From an uncultured Planctomycetota bacterium (GTDB lineage: Bacteria > Planctomycetota > Planctomycetia > Isosphaerales > Isosphaeraceae): a DNA stretch of 64,000 nucleotides. The stretch spans positions 448,001 through 512,000 of the forward strand of contig CAWJTV010000033.1 in the NCBI GenBank assembly GCA_963845755.1, given 5' to 3'. The notes under the pieces were generated by a model. It saw only the letters and a program-made list of their open reading frames with translations. It ran no database searches and was not told where the DNA came from. Below, one piece after another: positions 22,078 through 33,560 of this stretch. Made by a program: the position numbers and the translations under genes. How positions within the stretch are numbered: the first letter of the stretch is position 1; each line of letters opens with the position of its first letter.

Positions 22078-25000
22078 ATGACCCTGGGGACGCAGACGCA
22101 ACCGCAAGGCAAGCTACTGGATTACGAGCAATTCATCGACCATCAGCTCCAGCGCACCCGCAAGCGAATCAAGTTCACTGACATCTCGACGGCATGCTTG
22201 ACGCTCCTGGTGGGCTTCCTGGCGGTCTTGTTCCTGGAAGTGGTGTTCGACCACGTCTTCGGCATGCCGTTCTGGGCGCGTTGGATCATCCTCGTCTCCG
22301 GCTTGATGACGATCGTCGTCTATTCCGCGTTCCGGATCGTGACTCCCCTGGTGCGGCGCATCAACGCCCTCTACGCCGCCAAGACCATCGAAGGGTCTGA
22401 GCCGGCCTTCAAGAACAGCCTCATCAATTACCTCGAACTCCGGCGCAATCGTACGCAAATGTCCAAGGCCGTGCTGGCTACGCTCGAGTCGCGCGCCGTC
22501 AATGACTTGACTCTGGTCGATGTCGAGGCCGCGGTCAATCAGCAGCGGATGATGCATACGTGGTATATTCTCACGGCGGTGCTCGTGGTCTTCGCCTTGT
22601 ACTGGGCATTCGCGCCCAAGAATCCATATGACTCGATCCGCCGCGCGTTCCTCTCCGACATCGCGCGTCCCACCAATACCCGGCTGGACAACATCAAGCC
22701 GGGCGACGTACCTGAGCTCTCCAAGATCGTCGCCGGATCCCTCGTCAGTTTCGAGGTCAACGTCCAGGGCACACGACCCGAGAAGGTGCTGTTGCACCAC
22801 AGCACGGACGGCGGCAAATTCTTCGCGATCAAGGAATTCGCGCACGGGTAAGAATGAATACGATCCCTGGCAGTTCCCGATGACGAACGTCCAGCAGAGC
22901 ATGGATTACTACCTGACCGCCGCGGATGCCGAATCGCGGCGATATCACCTCGAAGTCATCGCGGCCCCGACCATCAACACGATCTCGCACGACCTCATCT
23001 TTCCCCCCTACACCAAGATCGAGCCGAGCTACGGCCAGGAGGGTGGCCAGATCGAGGCGATCGAGGGCACGAAAGTCATCGTGCACGCCCAGACCAACAT
23101 GCCGGTCGAGCGTGCAGCGATCAACCTCTCCTACCATATAGCACCGGTCACGATGGATGTGTCTCGTGACGAACCGACCGAATTGACAGGTACGTTCGAG
23201 GTCAAGAAGTCGGGGACCTACAAGATCGATTTCCGGGCGACCGGGAATCACTTGAATCCCAGTCCGGTCAACTACGACGTCTTTGCGCTTCCGGACCGTC
23301 CCCCGACCGTGCGGTTCGTCCAGCCCGCGCAGCCGAATATCAAGGTCCCTGCCAACGTCAAGGTCGAGCTGGTCGTCAACGGCAAGGACGATCACGGCGT
23401 CAAGGACGCCACGCTCCACATCCGGCTGAAGAATGAGGACCTGGTCAACGAGAACCTGCTGGAGAACCAGGAGCCGCGTCCCGAATTCCGCGCCAGGAAG
23501 TCGCTCGACCTCGCCCAGCTCCGCGTCAAGGAAGGGGACATCCTCTCCTACTGGCTCACGGCGCGCGATAACAAGGACCCGAGCCCCAATCGGGTCGATA
23601 CCGTACACCAGACCATCGAGGTCACAGCCCCGGCAACGCCCGAGGCGAAGAGAAACTTCGAGGCGGCGCAGAAGAAGGACGCCGAGCCGCCCGATCAGCT
23701 CCCACCCGCCAAGCGGGACGAGCTCGCGCCGGGTGAGACTTCTCAAGAAACGCCTCCCCCAGCAGACGGGCCGAACGCTCGCCCCACCCCGCCGGAGACC
23801 ACACCCAATCCCGGACAGAACCCTCCGGCAGGAAATCCGGGCACCGGGATCAGTGCCCCTGGGGAAGAGACCGCGGATCGCCAGCCAGGCCCCGAGCAAA
23901 ACGACCAAGGCCAAGGCCCGTTCACTCCCGACGAACTGAAAAAGCTCGCCCCAGCTCTGAATGAACTCAACCGCCAGAACAACCAGGCGGGCCAGCCGAA
24001 GGGCAATAATGCCTCGGGCGCTCCACAGCCGGGCGCGAATCCGGCCAACAACGCGACCAATCCCAACAATCCCAACACAGCCCCGGCCAAGGTTAACGCG
24101 AATCCACCCAACAACGGGACCAACCCCGGTGGCACAAATTCCGCGGCCCCGCAGCAACCCGCTACACCAGGCCAGCCGAGCAATGGCCAGAATCCGCAAA
24201 ACAATGCCAACCCGGGCGATGGGACCCAGGTCCAGCAAGGGATCCGCGCGAATAATCAGCCTCCCCAGGCCAATCCGGACCCCAACACCAATCCGAACCC
24301 CGGCCCCCGCCCACAAGGCGGAGCCGATCATGTAAGTCCGGCGCAACCCAATGCCACCAACCCCCAGCAGGGACCCAACGCCGCCAATCCCCAGCAAGGG
24401 CCCAACGCCGCTAATCCTCAACAAGGGATGAACAAGACGGGGAATCCCCAGCAGGGACCCAACGCCGCCAATCCCCAGCAAGGGCCCAACGCCGCTAATC
24501 CTCAGCAAGGGATGAACAAGACTGGGAATCCTCAGCAGGGACCCAACGCCGCCAATCCCCAACAGGGACCTAACGCCACCAACCCCCAGCAAGGGACCCA
24601 ACGCCGCCAATCCCCAACAGGGACCCAACGCCGCTAATCCTCAGCAAGGGATGAACAAGACTGGAATCCTCAACAGGGACCCAACGCCGCTAATCCCCAA
24701 CAGGGGCCCAACGCCGCCAATCCCCAGCAAGGGCCCAACGCCGCCAATCCCCAGCAAGGGCCCAACGCCGCCAATCCCCAACAGGGACCCAACGCCGCTA
24801 ATCCTCAGCAAGGGATGAACAAGACTGGGAATCCTCAGCAGGGACCCAACGCCGCTAATCCCCAGCAGGGGCCCAACGCCGCCAATCCCCAGCAAGGGCC
24901 CAACGCCGCCAATCCCCAACAGGGACCCAACGCCGCTAATCCTCAGCAAGGGATGAACAAGACTGAGAATCCTCAACAGGGACCCAACGCCGCTAATCCC

Positions 25001-27766
25001 CAACAGGGGCCCAACGCCGCTAATCCCCAGCAAGGGCCCAACGCCGCCAATCCCCAGCAAGGGCCCAACGCCGCCAATCCCCAACAGGGACCCAACGCCG
25101 CTAATCCTCAGCAAGGGATGAACAAGACTGGGAATCCTCAACAGGGACCCAACGCCGCTAATCCCCAACAGGGGCCCAACGCCGCCAATCCCCAGCAAGG
25201 ACCCAACGCCGCCAATCCCCAGCAAGGACCCAACGCCGCTAATCCTCAGCAAGGGATGAACAAGACAGCGAATCCCCAGCAAGGGCCCAACGCCGCTAAC
25301 CCCCAGCAGGGACCCAACGCCGCTAATCCCCAACAGGGGCCCAACGCCGCTAACCCTCAGCAAGGGATGAACAAGACAGCGAATCCTCAGCAGGGACCCA
25401 ACGCCGCCAATCCCCAACAGGGACCTAACGCCACCAACCCCCAGCAGGGACCCAACGCCGCTAACCCCCAGCAGGGACCCAACGCCGCTAATCCCCAACA
25501 GGGGCCCAACGCCGCTAATCCCCAGCAGGGACCCAACGCCGCTAATCCCCAACAGGGGCCCAACGCCGCTAATCCCCAGCAAGGGCCCAACGCCGCCAAT
25601 CCCCAGCAAGGGCCCAACGCCGCCAATCCCCAACAGGGGCCCAACGCCGCTAACCCTCAGCAAGGGATGAACAAGACAGCGAATCCTCAGCAGGGACCCA
25701 ACGCCGCCAATCCCCAACAGGGACCTAACGCCGCCAATCCCCAGCAAGGGCCCAACGCCGCCAATCCCCAGCAAGGACCCAACGCCGCCAATCCCCAACA
25801 GGGACCTAACGCCGCCAATCCCCAGCAAGGGCCCAACGCCGCCAATCCCCAGCAAGGGCCCAACGCCGCTAATCCTCAGCAAGGGATGAACAAGACTGGG
25901 AATCCTCAGCAGGGACCTAACGCCGCCAATCCCCAACAGGGACCCAACGCCGCCAATCCTCAACAGGGACCCAACGCCGCCAATCCCCAGCAGGGACCCA
26001 ACGCCGCTAACCCCCAGCAGGGACCCAACGCCGCTAATCCCCAGCAGGGGCCGAACTCAACCAATCCCCAGCAAGGGATGAAGAAAACGGGGAATCCTCA
26101 ACAGGAGCCCAATGCCACCAATCCCCAACAGGGGCCCAACGCCACCAATCCCCAACAGGGGCCCAACGCCGCCAATCCCCAGCAGGGGATGAAGCAGTCA
26201 GGGAGTCCCGAACAGGGACCTAACGCCACGAATCCTCAGCAGCCGGAATCACAGGCCCAACACACCACCCCCGATCCGAAAAATCCGCGCAGAACCGATG
26301 CGCAGCAGTCGGAACTGCCCGGGCGAGGGCAGCCTGATGTCGATCATCAGGATCCGAATGCCACCCCGGGCGCCGGCCAACCTCCTCCAGGAACCCCGAA
26401 GTCGGCGACGACAGAACGCCAGCCGGGGGAGGCAAGCACAGAGACAGATGAGAACACCGCGAAGACCGGCGAGAACGCCCGGAAATCATCGCGTGAGGCC
26501 GCGAAGACCAAGCAGGCCGCTCAGCGCAAATCTGGCACGAACGAGGAAGTGCGCAAGGACGGTAAGCCTGAAGAAACCAAGGAAGAGAAGCCGGACAGGT
26601 ACGCTCAGCCGACTCCCAAAACGAGCAAGAAGTACCAAGAGCCGGCGAAGAAGGCCCAACCTCCAAGGGAACAACCTGCTCCCGAGCCGCGCTCCCTCAA
26701 TCCGCCGGAAGAAGCACTGCCCCGAAATCCTCAGCAGCCGCTCGAGCAGGCTCCCGCGAACGGCCTGCCTAGCCAGAAGGAGGATCAAGAACCAGGCAAC
26801 CCACAAGCCGGCGAGCAAGGCGCACAGGGACAACAAGGTCAACCAACCCCGGGCCAGGGGCCGCAAACCCAGGGGCAAGGGCCGCAAACCCAGGGGCAGG
26901 GGCCGCAAACCCAAGGACAAGGCCAGGGCCAGGGGATGAGTGGAAATCAGCCCTCCGACGGCGCGGCGCCGGGGAGTAACCAGAGCGCCGGCTCGTCCCA
27001 GCCGGGTTCGGGGTCCGGCGGCGGCTCGGGTGCGAGTGCGAGCCGGGACGCCTCCCATGCGGTGCAAGGCTCGTCCGGGCAAGGAGGCTCCCCGGGTGCA
27101 GGACAGAGCGGTCAGCCGGGGCAACAGGGCGCCGGTGCGTCGGGAAGCGGGCCGGCCAATGGGCAAGGGAGTGGACGGCAACCCGGCGGAGGCGCTCGCA
27201 GTCCTATCGGTGGCGGCGGTGACGGCCCGTCCACCGGCCCGACCAGTGGCGAGCCGGCGAAGGACAACACGCAGCCCTCGCCCCCATCCCAGGAATCCCA
27301 GGACCCGTCCGCCGGCTCCGTGGCGCCTCAGGGCGCACCGGCGACCGAGTTGACACTCCAAAGACTCCACGAGGCGCTCCAGGATGACAAGTCCGCCAGG
27401 TTCCTCGAGGACCGAACAGGCATCTCGCACGAGAAGTTCGACCAGTTCACGAGACAGTACGAAAAGGTCAAGTCGGGACCCGCGGGACCGGGCCGCAACA
27501 TCGAGGTGAAGTCGCGCGAGCAAGAGCCGGCCAAACCCGCGGCGAACTTGCCGGGACTCGGCACGACTCAGCGGTTCGGCTCCAAGAACATCCGCGAACG
27601 AAACTCCTTGCCCGAAGATACCTTGCGGGGGTTGAAACAAGATGTGCGCAACGAACCGCCCCTGGAATGGAAGAGTAAGTTCGAGGGTTACAAGAGCCGG
27701 ATCGCACGTTCCAAGGTGACCACCACCCGGCGGCCCGCCCAGCCCAAGCCCGCGGACAAGCCGTAA
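22078..27766 (+). CDS. Very large membrane-anchored protein (DUF4175-like layout) with an N/P/Q/G tandem-repeat region (frameshifts near 22845, 24592 and 24663)
   Basis: Three N-terminal TM helices, beta-rich domains (PDRPPTV, DDHGVKD), a long repeat block and a short tail (PLEWKSKFEGY). About 1900 aa when joined. Confidence 0.8.
24359..26242 (+). repeat. Coding tandem array of 27-bp (NPQQGPNAA) and 30-bp (NPQQGMNKTG/A) units
   Basis: Directly visible. Roughly 65-70 units estimated from length, with variation mostly at third codon positions. Confidence 0.97.
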
Positions 27767-27850
27767 ACGCACTCGCTCGCAAAGACGAAGGATGAGTCGA
27801 ACCGGTACTGATTCATCCTTCATGCTTCATCCTTCATCCTTCCCGAAAGA

Positions 27851-29527
27851 ATGGACCGATCGCATCCCATCCCGACTCCGCGCCGCTACCTCGTGGGGTT
27901 CGATCCCCGCGAGCTGCCCCACCACTTCGCCGATGTGCTGATCATCGGCGGCGGGATCGCGGGCTTCCGGACCGCGCTGGGCATCCCCGATCGTTATCGG
28001 GTCCTGGTCGTCACCAAGGACGAAGTGCGCGAGAGCAACAGCCAGTACGCTCAGGGGGGGATCGCCGGAGTCCTCGACCCCGAGGACCGATTCGACAACC
28101 ACATCGCCGACACCCTGACCGCGGGCAAGGGGCTGTGCGACCCGGAGGTCGTCGAGATGGTGGTCCGCGAGGCCCCGATTCGGATCGGCGAGCTGATCGA
28201 GTGGGGCACCCACTTCGACGAGGTCAACGGCCACGTCGCCCTGGGCCGCGAAGGGGGCCATTCGCACAACCGAATCGTCCACGCGCTCGGCGACGAGACG
28301 GGCCGCGAAATGATGCGCACGATCATCCAGCGCGTCCGGACGCGTCCGAACGTCCGGCTCTGGCCCAATTGCTTCACGATCGATCTCTTGACGCACGAAG
28401 GCCGATGCCGCGGCGTGCTGATCCGGGACGGAAAGCAGGGCCGGGCACTGGTCTGGGCTCGGGCGGTCGTCCTGGCCACGGGCGGCGCCGGTCAGCTCTT
28501 CCGCGAGACGACCAATCCGCCGATCGCCACGGCCGACGGTCACGCCATGGCCTATCGCGCCGGAGCCGAGCTGCGGGACATGGAATTCATGCAATTCCAC
28601 CCGACGGTCCTCTACATTGCCGGCTCGACCCGCCACCTGTTGACGGAAGCCCTGCGCGGGGAAGGGGCCTATCTGCGCGATTGCCGCGGCGAGCGCTTCA
28701 TGCCGGCCTATCATCCCCTCGCCGAGCTGGCCCCCCGCGACGACGTCTCGTTGGCCATCTCGGCCCAGATGGCCAGGAGTCAGCACCCGAGCGTCTACCT
28801 CGACCTCTCGCACCTCGACCCCGAGCGGATCCGCCGTCGATTTCCCGGCATCGACCGGCTCTGCCGGACCTTCGACCTGGACATCACCCACGACCCGATC
28901 CCGGTCTGCCCCGGTGCGCATTACATGATCGGCGGGGCGTCGGTCGACCTGCACGGCCGGACCACGCTTCCCGGCCTCTGGGCGGCCGGCGAGGTCACCA
29001 GCAGCGGCCTTCACGGGGCCAATCGGCTCGCCTCGAACAGCCTGATCGAGGGCCTGGTTTATGGCGCGCGCGCGGCCGAGGACATCGTCGCCAGCCTGGA
29101 CGCGGAGGGTCCGCGTCCCCTCGAAGTGCCCCCCCTGACCGCGGCGACGGTCCAGGACGACCGGGACCGGATCGACGTCGGCGACGTTCGCGAATCGCTC
29201 CGCGCCCTCTTGTGGCGACGGCTGGGGATCACTCGCGACGCCGACGGCCTGGCCGAAGCGGCCGACCGCGTCGACCAGTGGAGCCGCTACATCCTGCCGT
29301 TGGAGTTCGAGGATCCGACGGGTTGGACCCTCCAGAACATGCTGGTGGTCGCCCGGCTCATGATCGCCGCCGCCGCCGCCCGCCGCGAGTCGCGCGGCGT
29401 CCATTTCCGCCGCGATTACCCCCAACCCGACCCGGCGATGAACCATCATATCGACGTGCACGCCCCGCCGCCACCTGCGACCAGGCCCCAGGAATCGGAT
29501 CGCGAGCTGGAGATAGCCTCCGCATGA
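27851..29527 (+). CDS. nadB: L-aspartate oxidase
   Basis: IIGGGIAG, SQYAQGGIA, REGGHS, QFHPT, TEALRGEG, HYMIGG, GLHGANRLASNSL and ESRGVHFR. Confidence 0.96.
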   Translation: MDRSHPIPTPRRYLVGFDPRELPHHFADVLIIGGGIAGFRTALGIPDRYRVLVVTKDEVRESNSQYAQGGIAGVLDPEDRFDNHIADTLTAGKGLCDPEVVEMVVREAPIRIGELIEWGTHFDEVNGHVALGREGGHSHNRIVHALGDETGREMMRTIIQRVRTRPNVRLWPNCFTIDLLTHEGRCRGVLIRDGKQGRALVWARAVVLATGGAGQLFRETTNPPIATADGHAMAYRAGAELRDMEFMQFHPTVLYIAGSTRHLLTEALRGEGAYLRDCRGERFMPAYHPLAELAPRDDVSLAISAQMARSQHPSVYLDLSHLDPERIRRRFPGIDRLCRTFDLDITHDPIPVCPGAHYMIGGASVDLHGRTTLPGLWAAGEVTSSGLHGANRLASNSLIEGLVYGARAAEDIVASLDAEGPRPLEVPPLTAATVQDDRDRIDVGDVRESLRALLWRRLGITRDADGLAEAADRVDQWSRYILPLEFEDPTGWTLQNMLVVARLMIAAAAARRESRGVHFRRDYPQPDPAMNHHIDVHAPPPPATRPQESDRELEIASA

Positions 29528-29531
29528 TCCG

Positions 29532-30443
29532 TCATGCCGGACGGCGGCCCTCGAGGACGGAGAGTCGCTTGACGATTTGACCCGACCGGACGAGCGGATC
29601 GAGCCATCGTGCCTTGGGTACGATCCGAGGGGAGTATCCCTCGACGGATTCGAGACGAAAGTGTCGGATGGCATCGAGCGTCCGGTCGATGATGGGGCTG
29701 TGGGCGGACTCCAGGTTGGCCAGCACCTCGTCGTCCTCGGTCATCAAGTCGTCAAGGCGCAGGACACCGAGTCGCATCCCTTCCCGGAGGGCGTCGGCGA
29801 ATTCATTATAAATGAAGGCTTCCGTCGGACTGGCCCACCAGTCTCGGTTCATCGCCTCGAACAAGGCGGCGGCCTCACGAGCCACGGCGATGTCGGTCAA
29901 AATGATCCGATCCTCTCGCGCGGCCGTATGATCGAGGATGCGGCCCGCGGCGGCCGGCGTCACGACCCCGCAGGCCATCCCGTCGCGGAGGAAGTAGTCC
30001 AGCCGGTCGGCGCACAGCCCCGGCAGCGGCTGCTCGAGCAGGGGATAGATCGAATCGTCGAAGAACTCGCGCGCGGAATAACCCAGCCGGACCAGCGCCT
30101 CCACCACGTCGGGACGCGCGAGCATCAACGGCTTGAGCGCTTCGTGATGATCCTGTTCCTCCGAGGAGATGACGAAATCGACCGCATGGGAAAACGCCGT
30201 ATGCGAAATATCATGCAGCAAGCCCGCCACCTGTTCGCGACGATCGGTCCCGAGCCGGCGCAATAAGAGAAAGACCCCGAGACTATGCTCGAACCGCGTG
30301 ACATTCTTGAACGGGAAGGCCAGGGCCGAGGGACCGGCTTGTCGGATCCCTTTCAACCGCTGGAACGTCGGACATCGGATGAGATCGAGGATCTCCGGCT
30401 CCTCGATTGCGACCTCGCCATAAACCCGGTCTTGCCATCGCAT
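29532..30443 (-). CDS. HD-domain phosphohydrolase
   Basis: FQRLKGIRQ, TRFEHSLG, LLHDISHTAFSH and ADRLDY. Confidence 0.9.
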   Translation of the reverse strand: MRWQDRVYGEVAIEEPEILDLIRCPTFQRLKGIRQAGPSALAFPFKNVTRFEHSLGVFLLLRRLGTDRREQVAGLLHDISHTAFSHAVDFVISSEEQDHHEALKPLMLARPDVVEALVRLGYSAREFFDDSIYPLLEQPLPGLCADRLDYFLRDGMACGVVTPAAAGRILDHTAAREDRIILTDIAVAREAAALFEAMNRDWWASPTEAFIYNEFADALREGMRLGVLRLDDLMTEDDEVLANLESAHSPIIDRTLDAIRHFRLESVEGYSPRIVPKARWLDPLVRSGQIVKRLSVLEGRRPA

Positions 30444-30627
30444 CGAGCCTCGTCTCCTCCTCCGTCGTCAAGGCGGCCCACGAACCGACCTATCCAGAAT
30501 CGTCGGAGTTGCGGGCGAGAATTTCAAGGTCGCGCGGGACCGGCGAGTCGTTTCTCGTGAATTCTCTATCGGTTATGATAACAGACCGTGCACCGCATTT
30601 CGCCAATACCGCTTGGGAGATCCATCC

Positions 30628-31728
30628 GTGCCTACCACCCTCGCCCGCCGAATCCCGGCGAGTTTCATCCTGTTCTCGATCCTGATCTGCGCCGGCTGTG
30701 GGGGCGGCTCGCCGGAAAGCGCTTCCGGCTCCGGTCCGGGGGGTGCTGGTGCTTCGTCGGCCTCGGGTGGCGGTCCGCGCCTGATCTTCGTCACGAATGG
30801 GACCTCCGACTGGTGGAACGCGGTCGAGAAGGGGATGAACGACGGCGCCGCCGAGTTCAAGGCCCAGGTCGAGATGCGCCGCAACCAGGATTCCACGGTG
30901 GCCGGTCAGATCCAGCTCCTGGAGAATGTCCTGAGCCGGCCCGACATTCAGGGCGTGGCCATCTCGGTGCAGGAAGCCGACTCGCCAGGGATCGCGGACA
31001 AGATGAGGGAACTCCAGAAATCGGGCAAGTTGGTGCTCACCATCGACTCGGATGGGGAAAAGGACGCACGACGGGCCTACATCGGCACCAATAACCAGAA
31101 GGCCGGCGAGGTGGCCGGTCGCGTGGCCAAGACGCTCCGGCCGCAAGGCGGCAAGACCGTCGCCTTCGTCGGGATGGCCGCCGCGGCCAACGCACGCGAA
31201 CGGCGCGACGGCTTCTTCGCCGGCGCGGGCGACCTGTTCCGGCACGATGCCAAGCACGATGCCCTGGAAGTCCTCGAGGACGGCGCCGATCCCGCACGAG
31301 CCCAGATCAACGTCCAGACCGCCATCAGCAAGCATCCGGATGCCGGTGTCTACCTGGGCCTCTGGTCGTACAACGCACACAACATCGCCGAGGAGGTTGG
31401 CAAGTTCCCCGAGGTGCGGAAAAAGACGACGATCGTCACATTCGACCTGGACGAACTGGCCGGCCAGGATGTGGCCCAGGGCAAGATCGACGCCACGGTC
31501 TGTCAGAACCCTTACGAGATGGGATATCGCGCCGTCCGGCTCCTGAAAGCGTTCATCGAGAAGGACCAGAAGACGATCGACGAGATGCTCCCCGGCGGCA
31601 CCGATGCGATCGACACCGGCGTGCGGATCGTCGTCCCCAGGAAGGATTCTCCCGTGAAGGGCGATAACGTCATCGACATCGACGAGATGAAGTCCTGGCT
31701 GGCGAGTAAAGGATTGCGTTCGACATGA
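30628..31728 (+). CDS. Sugar ABC transporter substrate-binding lipoprotein
   Basis: Lipobox ICAGC, YIGTNNQKAG, IVTFD and QNPYEMGY. Confidence 0.9.
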   Translation: MPTTLARRIPASFILFSILICAGCGGGSPESASGSGPGGAGASSASGGGPRLIFVTNGTSDWWNAVEKGMNDGAAEFKAQVEMRRNQDSTVAGQIQLLENVLSRPDIQGVAISVQEADSPGIADKMRELQKSGKLVLTIDSDGEKDARRAYIGTNNQKAGEVAGRVAKTLRPQGGKTVAFVGMAAAANARERRDGFFAGAGDLFRHDAKHDALEVLEDGADPARAQINVQTAISKHPDAGVYLGLWSYNAHNIAEEVGKFPEVRKKTTIVTFDLDELAGQDVAQGKIDATVCQNPYEMGYRAVRLLKAFIEKDQKTIDEMLPGGTDAIDTGVRIVVPRKDSPVKGDNVIDIDEMKSWLASKGLRST

Positions 31729-31856
31729 CCGGCTGGTCTTGCTCTCTCGATGAGCTTTGGGCATCATCGGGGCTAGTCCAATGAATCCTCGCAAGAAGGA
31801 AAACAAGTGACCCCGAAGTGACGCCATGAGAACTGGGTGGCGACGAGGGGAATTCC

Positions 31857-32212
31857 GCCCCGAAGGGGCCAAAACAGATCAGCCCGGGGCATCGCCCTTG
31901 TTGTTCTACACAAGTCGCAACCTATTGCACCAGAATGAGTTGCAATCAGGGAGCACGCGATCATCCATGAAACGCAACCCATGCCGAACAAACGAGTTAC
32001 GATTTTCATGTACGGATGATGCCCGTACTTGTGTAGAAGAGCGAGGGCATCGCCCCGGGATCGTATCGACCACACCATGCCGAGCCCTGAAAGGGCGACA
32101 CAAGCATGGTCATTGCACTCACCCGTGTCGCCCTTTCAGGGCTCTTCCTGGAAGGTAGGTCTCGGTCCCCGGGGCGATGCCCCGGGCTGGTTTGTTGCGG
32201 CCCCTTCGGGGC
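31857..32212. repeat. Nested REP/REPIN-like palindrome cluster
   Basis: Outer pair GCCCCGAAGGGGC...AGCCCGGGGCATCGCCC and GGGCGATGCCCCGGGCT...GCCCCTTCGGGGC. Inner pair GCCCTGAAAGGGCGACAC and GTGTCGCCCTTTCAGGGC. Confidence 0.8.
31898..32044. mobile_element. MITE inserted into the REP arm
   Basis: Inverted ends TTCTACACAAGT and ACTTGTGTAGAA. 11-bp direct repeat GGGCATCGCCC at 31887-31897 and 32045-32055. Confidence 0.8.
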
Positions 32213-32329
32213 ATGGAGAAGCGGGCTCTCGACCGTCACTCTCCGTCTCGCGTAGGCCGGTTTCGTGGCGAGCAAAAACAAGACGATCTGAAATGTTTAT
32301 AGACTCGCCACTTGCCACCAGGAGGAGAA

Positions 32330-33481
32330 ATGGACTTCGCCTTCTCAGAATCTCAGCAACATTGGCACGATGCGGCGATCCAATTTGCCCGAGAAGAACT
32401 CACCGAGCCGGAGGCCGCCTCACGAGACAGCCGCGCCGAGTTCTGGCGAGAGGGCTATGACCGCTGCGCGCGATTCGGCTTCCCGGGACTGCCCGTCCCG
32501 GCGGAGTTCGGCGGTCAGGGTCAGGATCTGCCCACGACCGTGGCCGCCATGGAGGGCCTGGGCTACGGGTGTCCGGACTCCGGCCTGATCTTCGCGATGA
32601 ACGCCGCACTGTGGACGGTCACGATGCCCCTCGTGGTGTTCGGCAGCGAGGCGCAGAAGCATCGCCATCTGCCGGGCCTGTGCGACGGCCGTCTGCTCGG
32701 GGCCAACGGCGCCAGCGAGCCCGAGGCGGGATCGGATATCTTCGGCATGCAGACGCGTGCGGAGCGTCGTGGCGATCGCTGGATCTTGAATGGGCATAAG
32801 ACCTGGATCACCGCCGGCCCGATCGCCGACCTGTTCCTCTGTTTCGCCTCCACCGACCCGTCCAAGGGGATCCTGGGGATCTCCGCATTCCTGGTCGAGC
32901 GCGACGCACCGGGATTCCGCGTGGTCCGGGAGATCCCCAAGCTGGGGATGCGAACCGTCCCCATGGGGGAGATTGCGTTCGAGGATTGCGTCTTGCCCCC
33001 GGACAGCCTGCTGGGGCGGGAAGGCCGCGGTGCGACGATCTTCAATGCCGGCCTGGAGCTCGAACGCGGCGCGATCCTGGCCGCGGCCCTGGGTACGATG
33101 CGCCGACAGGTCGAACGTTGCATCGAGCACGCCCGCACGAGGAAGCAGTTCGGCCAGCCGATCGGCAAGTTCCAGTCGGTGTCGAATCGGATCGTCGACA
33201 TGACCCTCAGGCTGGAGACCAGCCGGCTGCTCGTCTACCGGTTCGCCTGGTTGAAATCCCGCGGCCTTCAGGCCACCACGGCCGCATCGATGGCCAAGCT
33301 CCATGTCTCGGAATCGTTCGTGCAGAACAGCCTCGACGCCGTACGCATCTTCGGCGCCTCGGGATATGCCGAGGAGACTGGACTCGAGCGCGACCTCCGC
33401 GACAGCGTCGGCGGCGTGATCTTTTCGGGCACGAATGATATCCAGCGCAACATCATCGCCCAGCAGCTCCGCCTCGGCTGA
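32330..33481 (+). CDS. Acyl-CoA dehydrogenase family protein resembling prolyl-carrier-protein dehydrogenases (AnaB/PltE/RedW type)
   Basis: SEPEAGSD, RKQFGQPIGKFQ and SGTNDIQR. Subfamily-like segments MDFA, GLGYGC.D.GLIFAMNA and LERG.ILAAA.GTM were recognised from memory. Confidence 0.85.
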   Translation: MDFAFSESQQHWHDAAIQFAREELTEPEAASRDSRAEFWREGYDRCARFGFPGLPVPAEFGGQGQDLPTTVAAMEGLGYGCPDSGLIFAMNAALWTVTMPLVVFGSEAQKHRHLPGLCDGRLLGANGASEPEAGSDIFGMQTRAERRGDRWILNGHKTWITAGPIADLFLCFASTDPSKGILGISAFLVERDAPGFRVVREIPKLGMRTVPMGEIAFEDCVLPPDSLLGREGRGATIFNAGLELERGAILAAALGTMRRQVERCIEHARTRKQFGQPIGKFQSVSNRIVDMTLRLETSRLLVYRFAWLKSRGLQATTAASMAKLHVSESFVQNSLDAVRIFGASGYAEETGLERDLRDSVGGVIFSGTNDIQRNIIAQQLRLG

Positions 33482-33560
33482 GTGGATGGGAACGAATCGG
33501 GCAGAAGATCCCGAATTCAAGATTCAACTAATATAGTAAAATATATATTTATAAGTAATA

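Noticed and set aside
22829..25963. Long minus-strand ORFs of GIGGVGPLL repeats
   Set aside because: These are antisense shadows of the coding repeat. The same applies to most long antisense ORFs in this GC-rich DNA.
24359..26242. CRISPR array
   Set aside because: The units are contiguous with no unique spacers, have lengths that are multiples of three with synonymous variation, and there are no cas genes.
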